NCBI GenBank assembly: GCA_009602735.1
Contig: WELA01003638.1
Span: 200,925 to 264,924 of the forward strand
Source: Mesotaenium endlicherianum
Lineage: Eukaryota
Direction of reading: 5' to 3'
DNA: 64,000 nucleotides
The translations under genes were made by a program, and so were the position numbers. Below the pieces are notes generated by a model, which saw only the letters and a program-made list of their open reading frames with translations, made no database searches and was not told the DNA's origin. Positions 9,690-22,429 of this stretch are shown here, piece after piece (the first letter of the stretch is position 1; every line of letters starts with the position of its first letter).

Positions 9690-12442
9690 TCGGATCGTTA
9701 CAGCAACTTCACCTTCTCCCAAAAAGCCTCATCATTGATGACTGCCATCATAGCAAGACAGTCCTTCTTGTGGGCTGGAGAAAGGCCCCTTAAGTGCACC
9801 TTCCATCCATTTCTCAAAAGCACAACCTTGAAGGCTCGCTGAACCTGAATAGCACCAAAAATAAAAACATATATATGTATTAGTAACAGAGGGTGGAGAG
9901 AGCAAAAGAGAGAGAAGAGAGCAACAAAGAGGGAGGCAGCTGCCAGCAGCAGCAGGTACTGAGAGCAACAAATAGAAAGCACAAAGAAGCTGCAGCAGCA
10001 GGTGAAGAGAGCAAAAAAGAGCTGAAAAGAGCGAAAGAGAGAATATAAAGCATCGACAAGAGATAAAGCAGCTGCCAGCAGCTGGTGCATAGAGTAGAAA
10101 ATAGAGTGTCAGTAGCAGCACACAAAAAATCAGCATCTGCAGCCCGCAGGTGCAAAAATAGAGAGACCACAAAGAGGTGCCAACAAATACTAGCAAAACA
10201 AGAAAGACCACCTGCAGGCTGCTGTTGCAGCTGCAAGTGCAAGAAAAGACACGACAATACCTGCAGCCTGCAGATGCAAAAAATACCAGCAATATAAAAG
10301 AGACCACTTGCAGGTTGCTATTGCAACCTGCAGGTGGAAACAAAACAACAGCAATACTTGCAAGTTGCAGCAGCAGCCAGCGTGCAGATGCACCAAAAAT
10401 AGCAGCAATAGCATAGAGACTTACTAGCAAAAATGAGCTATCTGAGATGAAGAAATAAGCATCCATGAGTTCTAGATAACCAATACAAAGAATGTAAGTT
10501 TAGCTTGTTACCTCATGGAGTCGACCGAGCATGATGACACTCGTAAGAAACCTTGTCTGGCACCACATTTTTAGCTCCAAATATGACTCTTTCCGGAACA
10601 AAGCCAGGGGCTTGTGGTGGTTTCGGATGTAGATCACCACTTGCTTGTCTTTGTCCACTAGGTCCTTGATCCACGGCTCCTTAGCCATATCTTCCAGAAG
10701 GAGATCAACGCTATGAGCGGTGCAACCAGTCCAAGTCATATGCGAATACTCCGCCTCAATCAACCTCCCTGTACACAGTGGTGAACATAGAGGGAAAACA
10801 TGTTAGACCTTAGCAAAAGCATGAAATATAACAAAACATGTAGAACAAGCAAGAAAACCTACAGCACCAAGCAGAGGTACCAGCTATAGCAGCAGCAAGC
10901 ATTGATAAGCAACTGGCAGCGGCAATGAACAAGCTTCAAGCACCAGCAACTTGCAATTAAAGCTTGCAGCAACAAAGTTAAAAAATCAGCTGCTAGCAGC
11001 AATGAAGAAGCAAACATAAGAGAAAAGCGGCGGTCAAACAGAGAATAAGCAGCAATAGCTGCATATCAGCAACGTCGGAGATAAACAAGCAGGTAGAGAA
11101 AAAGTAGCAGCAGCTGCAGATCAGAAACGACGGAGATAAAGAAGCAGATGGAGAAGCTAAGGATATAAAGTGAGACGCAAGCAGGTAGCAAAGCAGCAAA
11201 AGCAAAAAAGAAGATGAACAAAGTACAGCAAGCAAGTTTGAGAAGCAGCAAATAAGGAAGTGAATAAAGTAGCAAGAGCACCATTGACACAACACAACAA
11301 GTGCATAAAAAAGCGAGAATGACAGGTGCCACGTCCTGAGAAACGACAGCAGCAGCAGATGCCAAAGAAGGAACAAATCCAGAAAATTCAAATAATTGCA
11401 AAGTGCAAACAAGCAGTAACAACAGGTACCAAACAACAATTCAAATGAATACAAAAATTAATCAAATAGGAGGAAAAATTTAATACCTACAGCTTTGCAA
11501 ACTGATGCAAAGTCAGTACAGAGCTAGAGAATGTTTCTGGGTCCAAGTTTGTCAATGACCTCCCGAAATAATCCAGCAAGGTATGCCGCACTCTTTGTCA
11601 TGTTCTCACTGTTCACCCCCTTCACAAACATCTCTCCTTCAGGAGAAGATATCATGAAGTTGATTAAGGGCTGCTTAGTGTGATCGATCTACTCATCCGA
11701 GGTTACTGTAAATCCATGAACACCCACCCTGTCAATGTACAAAAGCAGCTGTTTTTTTATCACAACGGCTTCCTTGTCTAGAAGGCAGATTCTTAAACAA
11801 TCTATTTTTGGAGGCACATACCCGGGTCCGACCTCGAAGACAGCTCGAATGGCTTCCACATAGGACAAACTAGTAGCAATGTTGAAAGCCAAGCCATTAT
11901 CGTGTAACAACCGGGCTATAGCTTGATGAGCAAACTCTCTTTGAGTTACATTAAAGGCCTGCTCTAATGTGGTTCGCACAACTCCCTGGCTGCCCTCTCC
12001 CAAAACACAGTTTGGAAGCAGCTTATTTGTGTAGACGTCTTCTAAGGCCGACTTGTCCCGCAACTCCCTCACATGCTGCAACTCTTCCTCGTTCTTCTTC
12101 TTTGCCGCTTTCTTGACATCATCCTCATGAACAACTTTAGCATACTAAGCAGCAATATCAGCATCTACCTTAGGACATGTAGTGAATTCCACGACAAGGA
12201 ATCTGAGACAAATGAAGTCTAAATCTAGTTGTACCACTTGCTAACTCAAAGTCATAGAACGTGCATCTGGCTCGGGCCACTTTTGACTCTGTTGTGTTCG
12301 GCAAAGCCGTAAAATACTGGAATTGAGACCATTCATCACTAAAAAAAGAAGTAGAAGCATGCTTGCCTTTGCTTCGTGGATGAGTAAGGCTGGAGCAACT
12401 CGGCTGGGAGCCCATAATGTCGTGAGGTTCGTCAGAGTTCAA
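9690..12442 (-). pseudogene. hAT-superfamily transposase relic (BED finger + DUF659 core), two introns, 3' truncated
   Basis: Decayed BED-like WSQFQYF..RCTF..SGTTRFRLHL; GLAFN, GPGYVPP, TVTSD..PLINFM, WTGCTAHSVDLLLED, TRF, FWEKV. GT-AG introns at 11486-10769 and 10511-9845. Confidence 0.88.
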
Positions 12443-13105
12443 GGCGAAATAAACACGTTATCACCTCACGAAACGTTTGGTAAGAAATTAAATTCACGGC
12501 GACTACTACCTAAATCTACTCTGTGTAGATTGGTAGCAGCCTAAACTCTACTCTGTGTACATTGGTAGCAGCTTAGGAAAGGGAAAGGGGAACGAATGTT
12601 TGTTGCCGGATGGTAGTCCGTCACTTGCAATGGGTAGCACAACTGTGAAGCGAGAGACGTGGGTGATCACCGATAAGAGCTCGGCGTTAAAAATCTACAG
12701 TCACGTAGACATCAAGGGAACCGTTCACAGGGGTATTTGGAGGAACACGTTAGTCAAACAGACACGATCGAGCAAGAGTGCCACGACGTGGATGACTCGG
12801 ACATCGATATGATAAATTAGGGGAATCTTGTCAGAGTAAACTTAAATTTGAATCTTTACACGCGCGGTCGGTTCAATTGTTGGTTTATTTGCCGACACAC
12901 GTATTTTGCACGTTTAACGCCTGATGCTTGCGTATGACGCCGACACGTTTTGGTTATACCAATACCACATTTTAGTTTTCCATAATTAGGGTGGGGATTT
13001 GCAAGACAGGTCAACCGTAAGGTTGTCCCCGCGAGGTTGGCTAAGGGCCACGCCAACAGCTTTCGAATCAAGCGAGGCTAAGATGACATGTCACCTCAGG
13101 CTATG

Positions 13106-14362
13106 TGAAATGAATCTTGCTTATTCAAGATTAATATATTTCATTTAAATATATAAGATCAGAGATAGGTGGAAGCATGTGAAATCAGGGAGCGATCTTC
13201 GCCCTCATAATGAATTCCATTTACTCATCTACACCCCTTGACTCACTTACCGTAGTGTGCTATAGTTGCACATTAACACGAGGCACAAGTAAGAGGCGAG
13301 CTTGAAGACTTGAGCTTCTCCTTTAGAAACTCATGGCCTCTTGTCTACCAGGCATGTAAGCATGTATAGCACATGCACAACATCAGGGGACTGAATAGCA
13401 AAGGTGCTCTCATTCAGGTGACCATACTGTAGCTAAAAGACATCCCACTGACTTAGGTGCAAAACCATGGAATCTGTCCGCTGTGTGACCCCAAAATGTC
13501 AGAGGGCATAAAACTCTGCCAATACTACTTTAAATTGAGCAAACTTAATGGCAACGGATGCATCTTGACGAGACCTTTTCGAAAAGTCCTAGTATGCTCC
13601 ATTTGGAGTACAGACGAAGCAGCCATGTCAATTTCCGTGAAGGCTGGTCATTAGAACGATCCCAAAAGTGCACACATGACTTGCAAGTAGAAATCCGACT
13701 GTAAAGCCTACTGTCCAGAATGAGGGACCACGAGATCCCAGCCTGCTATGTACCTAGTGACCTGGTTGACCACGGCGCAAGGTGCGCCGTTTCGTGGAAA
13801 ATCCGTTAAATTGGGACGCACGGATCTAGGTATAATGACCATATCAATTGGTCGATTGACTGAAGTCCTAATTGTTCAGTTGACTAACGACGGTTCCGCC
13901 TACCCAGGAGTTAACCACACTAGTAGAACATTGGTTTACCGAATCTCAGTCGACCTTCCGACTTTCAGTATAGTACGGTCACATGTGCCAATCTACAAAT
14001 ATTAATCTAAATGAATATATCTACCCTCAGCGCACTGAAGCTAAGTATACTGACTAATATCAAGCGAGCTTACTAAATGTCATCGTGCTGATATTACATC
14101 CTATATGTAACTGATATAAATCTCAACAGACTATACTATGATACAAAAGTCATTCTGCTGACCTTCTCAACAAAGTCAGCAAACTACACTATGATACAAA
14201 AGTCATCCTGCTGACCTTTTTGACAAAGTAAGTAAACACGCAATATATCGACATACATTCATGTGAATGAACTCGCGCATGTGAGTACATTAACATAATA
14301 CTTATTTAGTGTTGTATTCATACATGCAATTAATCAAGTAAATAATGAACTGATTCATAACA
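13106..14362. mobile_element. Solo LTR (1257 bp) distantly related to family A
   Basis: TGAAATGAATC...GATTCATAACA termini flanked by a 5-bp TSD CTATG (13101-13105, 14363-14367). Shares the CCGCCTACCC-GGAGTTAACCAC core with A. Internal ~53-bp tandem duplication at ~14135-14240. Confidence 0.85.
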
Positions 14363-14544
14363 CTATGGCCTATAGGCATCGCTGCCATGATGGCTCCGCC
14401 ACGGCAGGAGACGTGGTCTCAAAACCCATGTCAGCGTGAATACTGACAGAGAGGTCAAGCTGTCACGCGCAATGCTTACGAGGCAAAGCGCACTTCACCC
14501 TTGGTTAGACATAAGTTAGCTTAAACATTGACTTCGAGGCGACT

Positions 14545-15087
14545 TGAAATGAATCGACTTACCAAATAGGCGATTAACAAATAATAAAGATCTTTATATC
14601 AGCAAGTAATCTTGATGGAATTTTCCCTTAACTGATTAAACGGCAAAGGCAACACACTAGCAGTGAACAATACTCGTAAATCAAATGCGAGTAAACTAGC
14701 ATCAATAATGCACTCCGTAAACTCATACATAAGCAAGGTTAGAAGACAGTGCGTATCAATGGCGTCTCGCCTTGGATTCAGTTCTCTCTCAATAAGCTGT
14801 ACAAGAGAGTTGGCCTCGTTTTCAAATGCCGAACTCGAGAGCAATGCCTAGCATATGTACATGGAATGAGTTTACTGTTCAACGGCCAGTGCGATGGCAC
14901 CGCCTACCCGGGAGTTAACCACGTTGGTAGGAACTCGGTTAACCAAATCCACCACCATCTCCCATCATCCCAAATCGCCATCCATCATAGGGATGTCATC
15001 TTGCCATTCATCTAGCATACCACACTTAGATGCATATCGAGGCAGTTCGCTGCTACCGAGTACGGAAGTCAGCTGGCTGTCAAAGAA
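14545..15087 (-). repeat. Truncated family A LTR
   Basis: Starts TGAAATGAATC and aligns to 7769-~8310, then stops abruptly. Confidence 0.92.
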
Positions 15088-15595
15088 CTGAATGAACATT
15101 TTCGATGTGTGGACTAAATTAGAAAGGGAGGTTGCAATGTGAATGGTAATGCCCATCTTTTACTAGCGTGACTTGTTTTAGTGAAAAGAAGTGAAAAGCA
15201 GAAGGGTCTTTATACTTAGTGTACAAACGCACTCAAAAATGAATACGTGTATTTGGCAAAATGGTTAGATCCGCTCCTTACAATGGGTGACGGGGTTTCA
15301 TATCCGCCTGCTGACGACCGTGTGAAGGTGATCATGAGATTTTTTCGGACGGCAGTGAACGCATCAGGTCAGTTGGAAAAAGGTAAAAGCGTAGAGTTGT
15401 TTTTGATCAAAAAACATGACTGCCATGACGTTGTACGTTTGCACGTGTGACCGACATCAAACGTCGACGTCAGCGCTACATAATGTCGACAACATCGTGA
15501 CCTGGCGTACTAAGCGAACTAGTCTTAATTTTTATGCGGCGAATTAAGCGAACTAGCGTATTAGTCGAACTAAGCAAACAGGCGTACGTCGTAAT

Positions 15596-17020
15596 CCTGC
15601 CTCAACCTAAAGAAGTAGTTGAGGAAGAGGTAAGTCCTCTGGAGCACCCAAATGCTGCAAAAAATTAACATGCCCCTAAGACTCCCACCTAAGAGGGAGG
15701 TAGATCATAAGATTGATCTAGTACCTTGGAGTTAGCCTCCTCGGCAGCGTACGTATGGCTTGTTCTATGTGAAGAGTGAGGAGTTAAAAACACAAATTAA
15801 GGAACTGAAAAAGAATGGGTACATATCTCATAGTAAGTCCCCTTATGACACACCCATCTTGTTGCTTAAAAAGAAAGATGGAAGTATGCGAATGTGTGAG
15901 GACTACAGGGCTTTAAACAGAATCACGGAGAAAAATAAATATGTTTTACACAAGATCAAGGACCTGCTTGATACCCTGTCTGGAGCTAAAGTGTTCCAGT
16001 AAAATTGATCTTAAGAGTGGATATCATCGAACCAGAGTAGCTGAGGGAGATGAACACAAAACTGCTTTCCGCACAAGGTATGGACATTATGAATGTGATG
16101 TCTTTTCGGTTTGACTAATGCCCCTGCTACCTTTATGGGTGCTATGAATGACATCTTGAAACGTCACCTAAATAAGTTTGTGCAAGTCTTCTTAGATGAA
16201 TTCTCATTTTTTTTTCTAAAAATGACTGTGAGCATGCTAAGCACCTCCGGATAGTAATGAAGGCTCTCAAAAAGAATCATCCATATGCTAAAATGAGCTA
16301 GTGCGATTTATTCAAAGAAAGTATTGAATTCTTGGGTCATGTTGTCAGTAAGGCAGGCATCAGTGTGGACCCTAAGAAAGTCCAGACAATAAGGAACTGA
16401 CCAGTACCTCAATCTGTCTCAGAATATAGATCTGTTCTCGGATTGGCTAACTACTACAGGCTATTCATTGAGAATCACTCCACAAAGGCTAGTAAACTGA
16501 CTGATCTTACCAAAAAGGACATAGGATATGTGTGGGGGGAAGAGTTGCAAGCTGCCTTCCAGACCCTTAAAGATACACTGTGCTCTGCCCCATTTCTCGC
16601 TATATATGACCCAGCCAACCTGCGCAAGTGGTTAATGGTGCTTCTGACTTTGCCATGGGTGCTATTTTGTTGCAGCCTGCTGCCAAAATCACAAAGGATG
16701 GTGAGGTAAAGTAGCACTGGCACCCTGTCTTGTATAAGTCGATGAAATTGAATCCAGCTGGGATTAATTATTCAATGCATGATAAGGAGCTGTTAGCTAT
16801 CATACATGTTCTCATCAAATAGTGGAGAGCATACTTACACAGAAAAGCTTTTAAGGTGATTACAGATCCTCTTGCTCTGACCCATTTTCAGAAGAAGTCC
16901 AAGTTGTCGAGGAGGGAGAATTGCTGGAGCCAGATGCTGGAGCAGTTCCAAGTTCGATCGACTACAAACCAGGGATGTGGAATCCTGCTGATGCCCTCTC
17001 TAGAAGACCTGACTTGCAAG
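15596..17020 (+). pseudogene. Degenerate family A RT-RNase H fragment
   Basis: Collinear with 5585-4140 (reverse strand): [34 protein letters not shown]. Many stops and frameshifts. Confidence 0.93.
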
Positions 17021-17360
17021 TTGGAGGGGAAAGTGACAGGAAAGTAACAGCTAATGCAGGAAGGTGACGATTAGTGACAAGCAGCCCACTTCACTATTAA
17101 GTTGGAGGGAGTGTGACAAATCTCCAACGAGCAAACTTGAATTTACATAGACACTTTTGCACCCTCGACTGCCCTCACAACTCACTTTCCATTTTGCATC
17201 GCTACTCCCTTACACTCACAACTTCACTCAAGTAACCTCCGGCGTATGTGGGTTGTACCCTTGAGAGCATTCTGGTTATTGCTCTTACTCCATGCTATAC
17301 TTGGTACACTTATGCCCGGAATTACACTGATACACATGTGTGTGTGTGTGTCTGAGAAAA

Positions 17361-18708
17361 ATGCCTACCAACCAGAAGGAAGACAAGAAGCGCAAGGCCG
17401 TATTGGCTCAGAAGGAGCTAGAACGCCATCGCCAGGAGATTGCCCGAACATCCCTCTCAAGAAGGAAAGAAAGACGAGCTCGTCAACAACAAGAGGAGCA
17501 GAGGAAGAAGGAACAAGACAAAGCCGAGGAGGCCAGACTGAGGAAAAAGACAAGAGGATGTTGCTGAAGCGAAAAGACTCAGGAAAGTGGAGGATAAAAG
17601 ATTGCGGAAGACTGAGGAGGCCAGGAGGCAGGACTGGGCCACTTACAGGTATATTGTGGTGGGCCAAAATTTTGATAATCTTATAGCAAATTTACTGGTC
17701 GCTCAGGAGATTAACAAAAACACTCAGCAAAAAGTGCTCCAGAAAGAAGGGGAAGGGGCCCCAGATAAGTATATTGAGACCAGCACGGGCCTGGTCCTCC
17801 ACGAAGATTGGTCCTCCACGAAGATTATGCCAACATGGTGGGATACACAGAGGATGAGGCAACAATTCTGGCCCTGAATGGGGATCGAGTCTACACCAGT
17901 CCGCGTGCCTAACATAGCAAGCAGCCACAGGGTCATGAGGATGGTGGCTATGGAGGCAGACAACTTCAAGGATGTCAAGCACTATCATATGCTGAGTCCT
18001 TTCTATAATGAGGTGGAGAGAAGAAGCTGGGAAAATCTTGCCAGGGAGACAGGCCAGCAGATGTTTGCCCCCACTGGTTTCCTTGCTCACGAACCAAGAC
18101 TGAGCATGGACAGAAAGACTACCAACACCCTACAGATTGGAGATGGATTACCATCACCAACGAGAAGCACGCGTTTAAGCCAGCCCACCCCGACGATTTC
18201 CATTATGATTTGGATGGATTCTTCATCCTACCTCCTCATATTGCCCCTTGGGATCCCAGGCTTAACCATTGTCTCTCCAACATGAACCTCCGAATGAAGA
18301 AGTGCAGGAAGCGGGGGCGAGATTATTTCTTCAAGGGGAAGCAAATGGGCAAAGCATGCAGGGCAAATAGAGCTGAGCACGCTCAGGGTCTAGCAACCCC
18401 CAATGAGGTCCAAAAGGGGGCAATCAGTTGACTACTCTAGAACTGCTAGGGAGTTAATTGACATGGCGAACGCCAACCCAGCTCTCTGTGAAGAGGAAGA
18501 TGACGACGAGGAGGAGCAAGAGCAGGAACAGGAACAGGTTCTAGAAGAAGCCTCCACTTCTGGAAGAGCGCAGGCACAGGAGGTAGCTGAGAAGGTACCA
18601 TCTCCAGGGAGGCGAGGTGGATGGGTGGTGACACCAACAGTGGAGCCCACTTCACCTCCACACAGACCGTCCAGCAAAAAGACTGAATCAAAGGCGAGAA
18701 GGCATTGA
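17361..18708 (+). pseudogene. Accessory ORF copy 2 (divergent type II)
   Basis: MPTNQKEDKKRK charged N-terminus, YRYIVVG, YNEVERRSWENLA, HWFPC, PTDWRW, LPPHIAPWDPRL, acidic tail. One frameshift is caused by a 17-bp tandem duplication at 17792-17825. Confidence 0.8.
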
Positions 18709-18753
18709 TACAAATTGTTTTCTAACCTTGCTTATGTATGAGTTTTTTGATTG

Positions 18754-19900
18754 GGAGACGTCCCAAAGTTTTGACAAGTACAAAGAGGTCAACACAGGGC
18801 TTCTACTGTACCATAACTATGCCACGATGGTGGGATATACGATCCGGGAGGCCAAAGCATTGGCCCAGATAGGTGAATCTGAAACGGTGCCAATACCTGG
18901 GATCTAGGGCATAGACAGGGTCCTCAGGTTGATCCTCATGCATACAGACAGCTTCAAGGATGCCACTTCCCACGACCGGTTCAAGGCCATGTATAATAAG
19001 GTAGAGAGAAGAAGCTAGGAGTTCTTGGCAAGGGAGACTAGCAAGTTGGAGTTCTTAGATCATTGGTACCCTTGTACTTTGAAGAGGACAGATCCTGCTT
19101 TCTTTCTGCAGCCCGATGACTGGCGCTAGATGACCATGACCATGAAGGACCAGCAAAATGACAAAGCTGAGGAAGACGATTTCTTGGCAGATTTGCAGGG
19201 GAAGATAGTGCTGCCACCTCACATTGCAGCATGGGACCCAAGACTGGATGAAAGTAGGGACTGCAAGAGTCAGGAAACACAGGAGGATAGGACCAGGGCT
19301 AGAGATTCTTTCTCTGAGGGGAAACATGCTTATGCCAAATGGGCAAGTAAACAAGGGGAGAAAGACCTGTATGCAATCAGGACTCTGCGACCCCCACCTA
19401 CTCCCAAAAGGGGGAGGTTAGTGGGATAGACTTTTTCTCGGGAACGGCTGGAGGAGCGACCAAAGAGACTCCATAAGTCTCATAGGATCAGGAGGACGAA
19501 GAGGAGGAAGGCGCCGAAGAGGAGTCTAGTCTTGCTGAGGCACAGACCCCCGCTGCATCCCCCACTCTACAGCAGATTGGAAGGGCCTTTGCATAAGCAG
19601 TGCCGCAGCAATTTGGGGATTCCAGTCCACCAAGAGACGTAGATCTCCAATGGCTGGGGAGTTTCAGCAGGAGAATTCCCACCCCAGGAGGTGAGACTCA
19701 GGCGAACAAAGCAGACAGAAGGGCTGCCAAGGAGGCAGCCAGAGGGTAGCCAGCATCCCCCTCGCATAGAGGGCATGTATTCTTAGCCCATGTCAAGCAG
19801 TAACCCTACGATATGCCAGTATATGTCCCTGTCAGTCTGAGAGCTGCACAGGAGAAGGAGGTCTCTACTTGCAGACAGTACTATAGCAGGCTGCCCAGTT
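18754..19900 (+). pseudogene. Accessory ORF copy 3 (type I, 5' truncated)
   Basis: TGLLLYHNYATMVGYT, HWYPCTLKRTDP, LPPHIAAWDPRL, GKHAYAKWASKQGEKDLYA, MPVYVPVSL. Followed by a PPT and an LTR. Confidence 0.8.
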
Positions 19901-20133
19901 GCTGCGTTCATCCCTTCGTTCACCTTGGTCTGAGCCCCCAGGTTTCAGGAGGCCATCAGACAAGAGAAGGAGATCCAGTTCCAGGTCTTGCTCCCCATAA
20001 GATAGAGCTCATGGTACTTAGTTTGCTGTTGTCTTTGTTGTAGAATCAGCTGATTGTGTTGCATGTGTGTTACTTTGTTGTAAATGTTAGTGGGAAGTGT
20101 TGTCGAGTCGACAACAATTTAAGCTGGAGGGAT

Positions 20134-20866
20134 TGTAATGAATTAGTATATTGGATAGATATAATATTTTTCTGAAAATAACAGCTAATTAAGTTCAATC
20201 TGCTGAACTCTAGTTAATAGTAAGTCTGCTGGATATTTTAAACTTAGTTAAATGACTCAGCCGAGAGCAGCAGGTTGAAGACAATTAGGTCAGCCTGTTG
20301 ACTTGGATCAGCTTGCTGATACATTATTAGACAGTCAGCTGGCTGCCGTACTCGGCAGCAGCAGACTGCTTAGCTATGCATCTAAGTGTGGTGTGCTAAA
20401 TGAGTGGCCAAATAACACCCTTAAGGTGGATGGCATTTCGGGATGATGGGAGATGGCTGTGGATTTGGTTAGCCGAGGTCCTACCAACGTGGTCAACTCC
20501 CGGGTAGGCGGTACCATCGCACTTGCCGTTGAACAGTAAACTCATTCCATGTATATATGCTAGGTATTGCTCTCAAGTTTGGCATTCGGAAACGAGGCCA
20601 ACTCTCTTGTACTGCTTACTGAGAGATATCTGAATCCAAGGCGAGAAGCCATTGATACGCACTGTCTTCTACCCTTGCTTATGTATGAGTTTACTGATTG
20701 CATTATTGATGCTAGTTTACTTGCATTTGACTTGCGAGTATTGTTCACTGCTAGTGTGTTGTCTTTTGCTGTTTAATCAATTAACAAAAAATACCCTAAA
20801 CATTACTCGCTGATGTAAAGATCTTTGTTAATTGTTAATCGCCTATTGGTAAGTCAATTCATGTCA
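20134..20866 (+). repeat. Family A 3' LTR (plus orientation) with PPT at 20121-20133
   Basis: AAGCTGGAGGGAT then TGTAATGAA...ATTCATGTCA; reverse complement of 7769-8474. Confidence 0.92.
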
Positions 20867-21060
20867 ATTCTCCTCCTATTGCCCGAGGGCCTCATCCCCC
20901 AAAAGATTTGTAGACCACAAGATAGAGTTAGAGCCCAAAAGCAAGCCCATCTCTCGGCCTACGCTCAAGATGTCATATACATAGCTAGATGAAGTCAAGA
21001 AGCAAATTCAAGAGCTACCGGGGCATGGCTTCATTCGACTTAGCAAGTCGTTATTTGACC
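20867..21060 (+). pseudogene. Short Ty3/gypsy RT N-terminal remnant
   Basis: Decodes, with a frameshift, as LPEGL..VDHKIELEPKSKPISRP..LDEVKKQIQEL..GFIRLSKS, similar to family B pol. Confidence 0.7.
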
Positions 21061-22429
21061 TAGCAAGCTAAGTCATTTGCATGCCGCCAATCCGCATCTT
21101 GGACCAACCCCACGCCTCTCTCATGGACATCAGAAGACTTAAAAGAGGCACCCAACCATCAATTAGAAGCAGGAAAACACCCCTTGAAGTCATCCTGCAA
21201 GAACCAGGAAGAGGAAAAGTTGACATTAGAAACTTTTCTCTTCTCGCAATTTTCGGATAGAAAACTACAATTGCTACTGCTGATAGGTCTCAGCCTAACA
21301 GATGTTGAAGTTTTATCTGGTTATATTCCATGAGTAGACGCTTCTTTGAAGGCTAAGTATGCTCCCTTCGAAGATGTACTCGGAGAGATAAAAATCTTTG
21401 ATCACAGTGAGGTAAGGCTGCTGACATTATTAGGGCAAAACATGCTCTCTGACATTGTGCCCTCCTCTGAACTTGAAACGCGGTGTAACTCAAGACTCTC
21501 GTAGAAGATCTTAATGTGCTCATTTAGAGACTAACTTTGCAAAGCTTGAAAAAGCATACAAGGACTACAAATTATCAGAAGTTTCTGCACAGATTTGGAA
21601 GAGAGCCTACTTTTTCCGCTCTCGACGGCACTCAAAAACTTGGAATGCTCTCATATTGGTGACCTGGTAGTTGTCTCTGACGCGCTCCGCTAAGCACCAA
21701 AATCTTAAAATTTAAAGAAGTTTTGTGGACGTTATGAAATTTTGAATCAGTGGCGGATTCCGGACCTACATGAAGTATTTTCCTAATCATCAAGGAGTAC
21801 ACCCTGAGAATGGGCAATAGGTGGTATGTGCCATTTCCTACTTTTTCTTAAGTATGCGAGGTATGTTGGGGCAAATCGCTTGACGAGCCGGCAAATAGTC
21901 GGAGAACACTGTTTTCAGCTATAACGTAGGCGCGTCGACTCAATAGAGGGTAGGATATGATCTGGGAGCCATTCCTTTCACAAAAAGTAGGAGGCCCTAC
22001 CTTCGCAGGCACCTCAAGCCTCGAGCTCGGTCCACCTGCACTACAGGATGCTTGGAATCTGTCTTTACAGCGACAATTGTATTCTCGACCCTTTGTTCCA
22101 CCTCGTGCCTCAAGGTGCTCGAATGAAAGTGACATAATTTCAATGGAGATAGTCCAGAGTGACCTAACAACCGTGGAAATTAGCCGCAAGCTTGTTCGTT
22201 CTAATTTTTAGTCTTACACTCTCTTTTGAATTCCTTTGCGACTGTATGATGTACTTACAAGGTGCACATGGCACACTGTGCAGGGGTGAAGGCAGGGCTT
22301 TTTTCCACGTTGGAAGATAGTGAGTGATGAGGCCTGGTATGTGACGGCAAGTGTCCCCGACTTTCGGTTTGAACGGCTGTTGCAGGTGCCCTTTCTTTTC
22401 CTTCCTTCTCCTTTTTCTCTATCTTTACT

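Noticed and set aside
9732..11454. Hydrophobic multi-TM-looking ORFs
   Set aside because: Artefacts of the T/G-rich low-complexity hAT introns.
21265..22211. Coding-like stretches
   Set aside because: They contain stops and match no family I recognise, so I cannot support a call.
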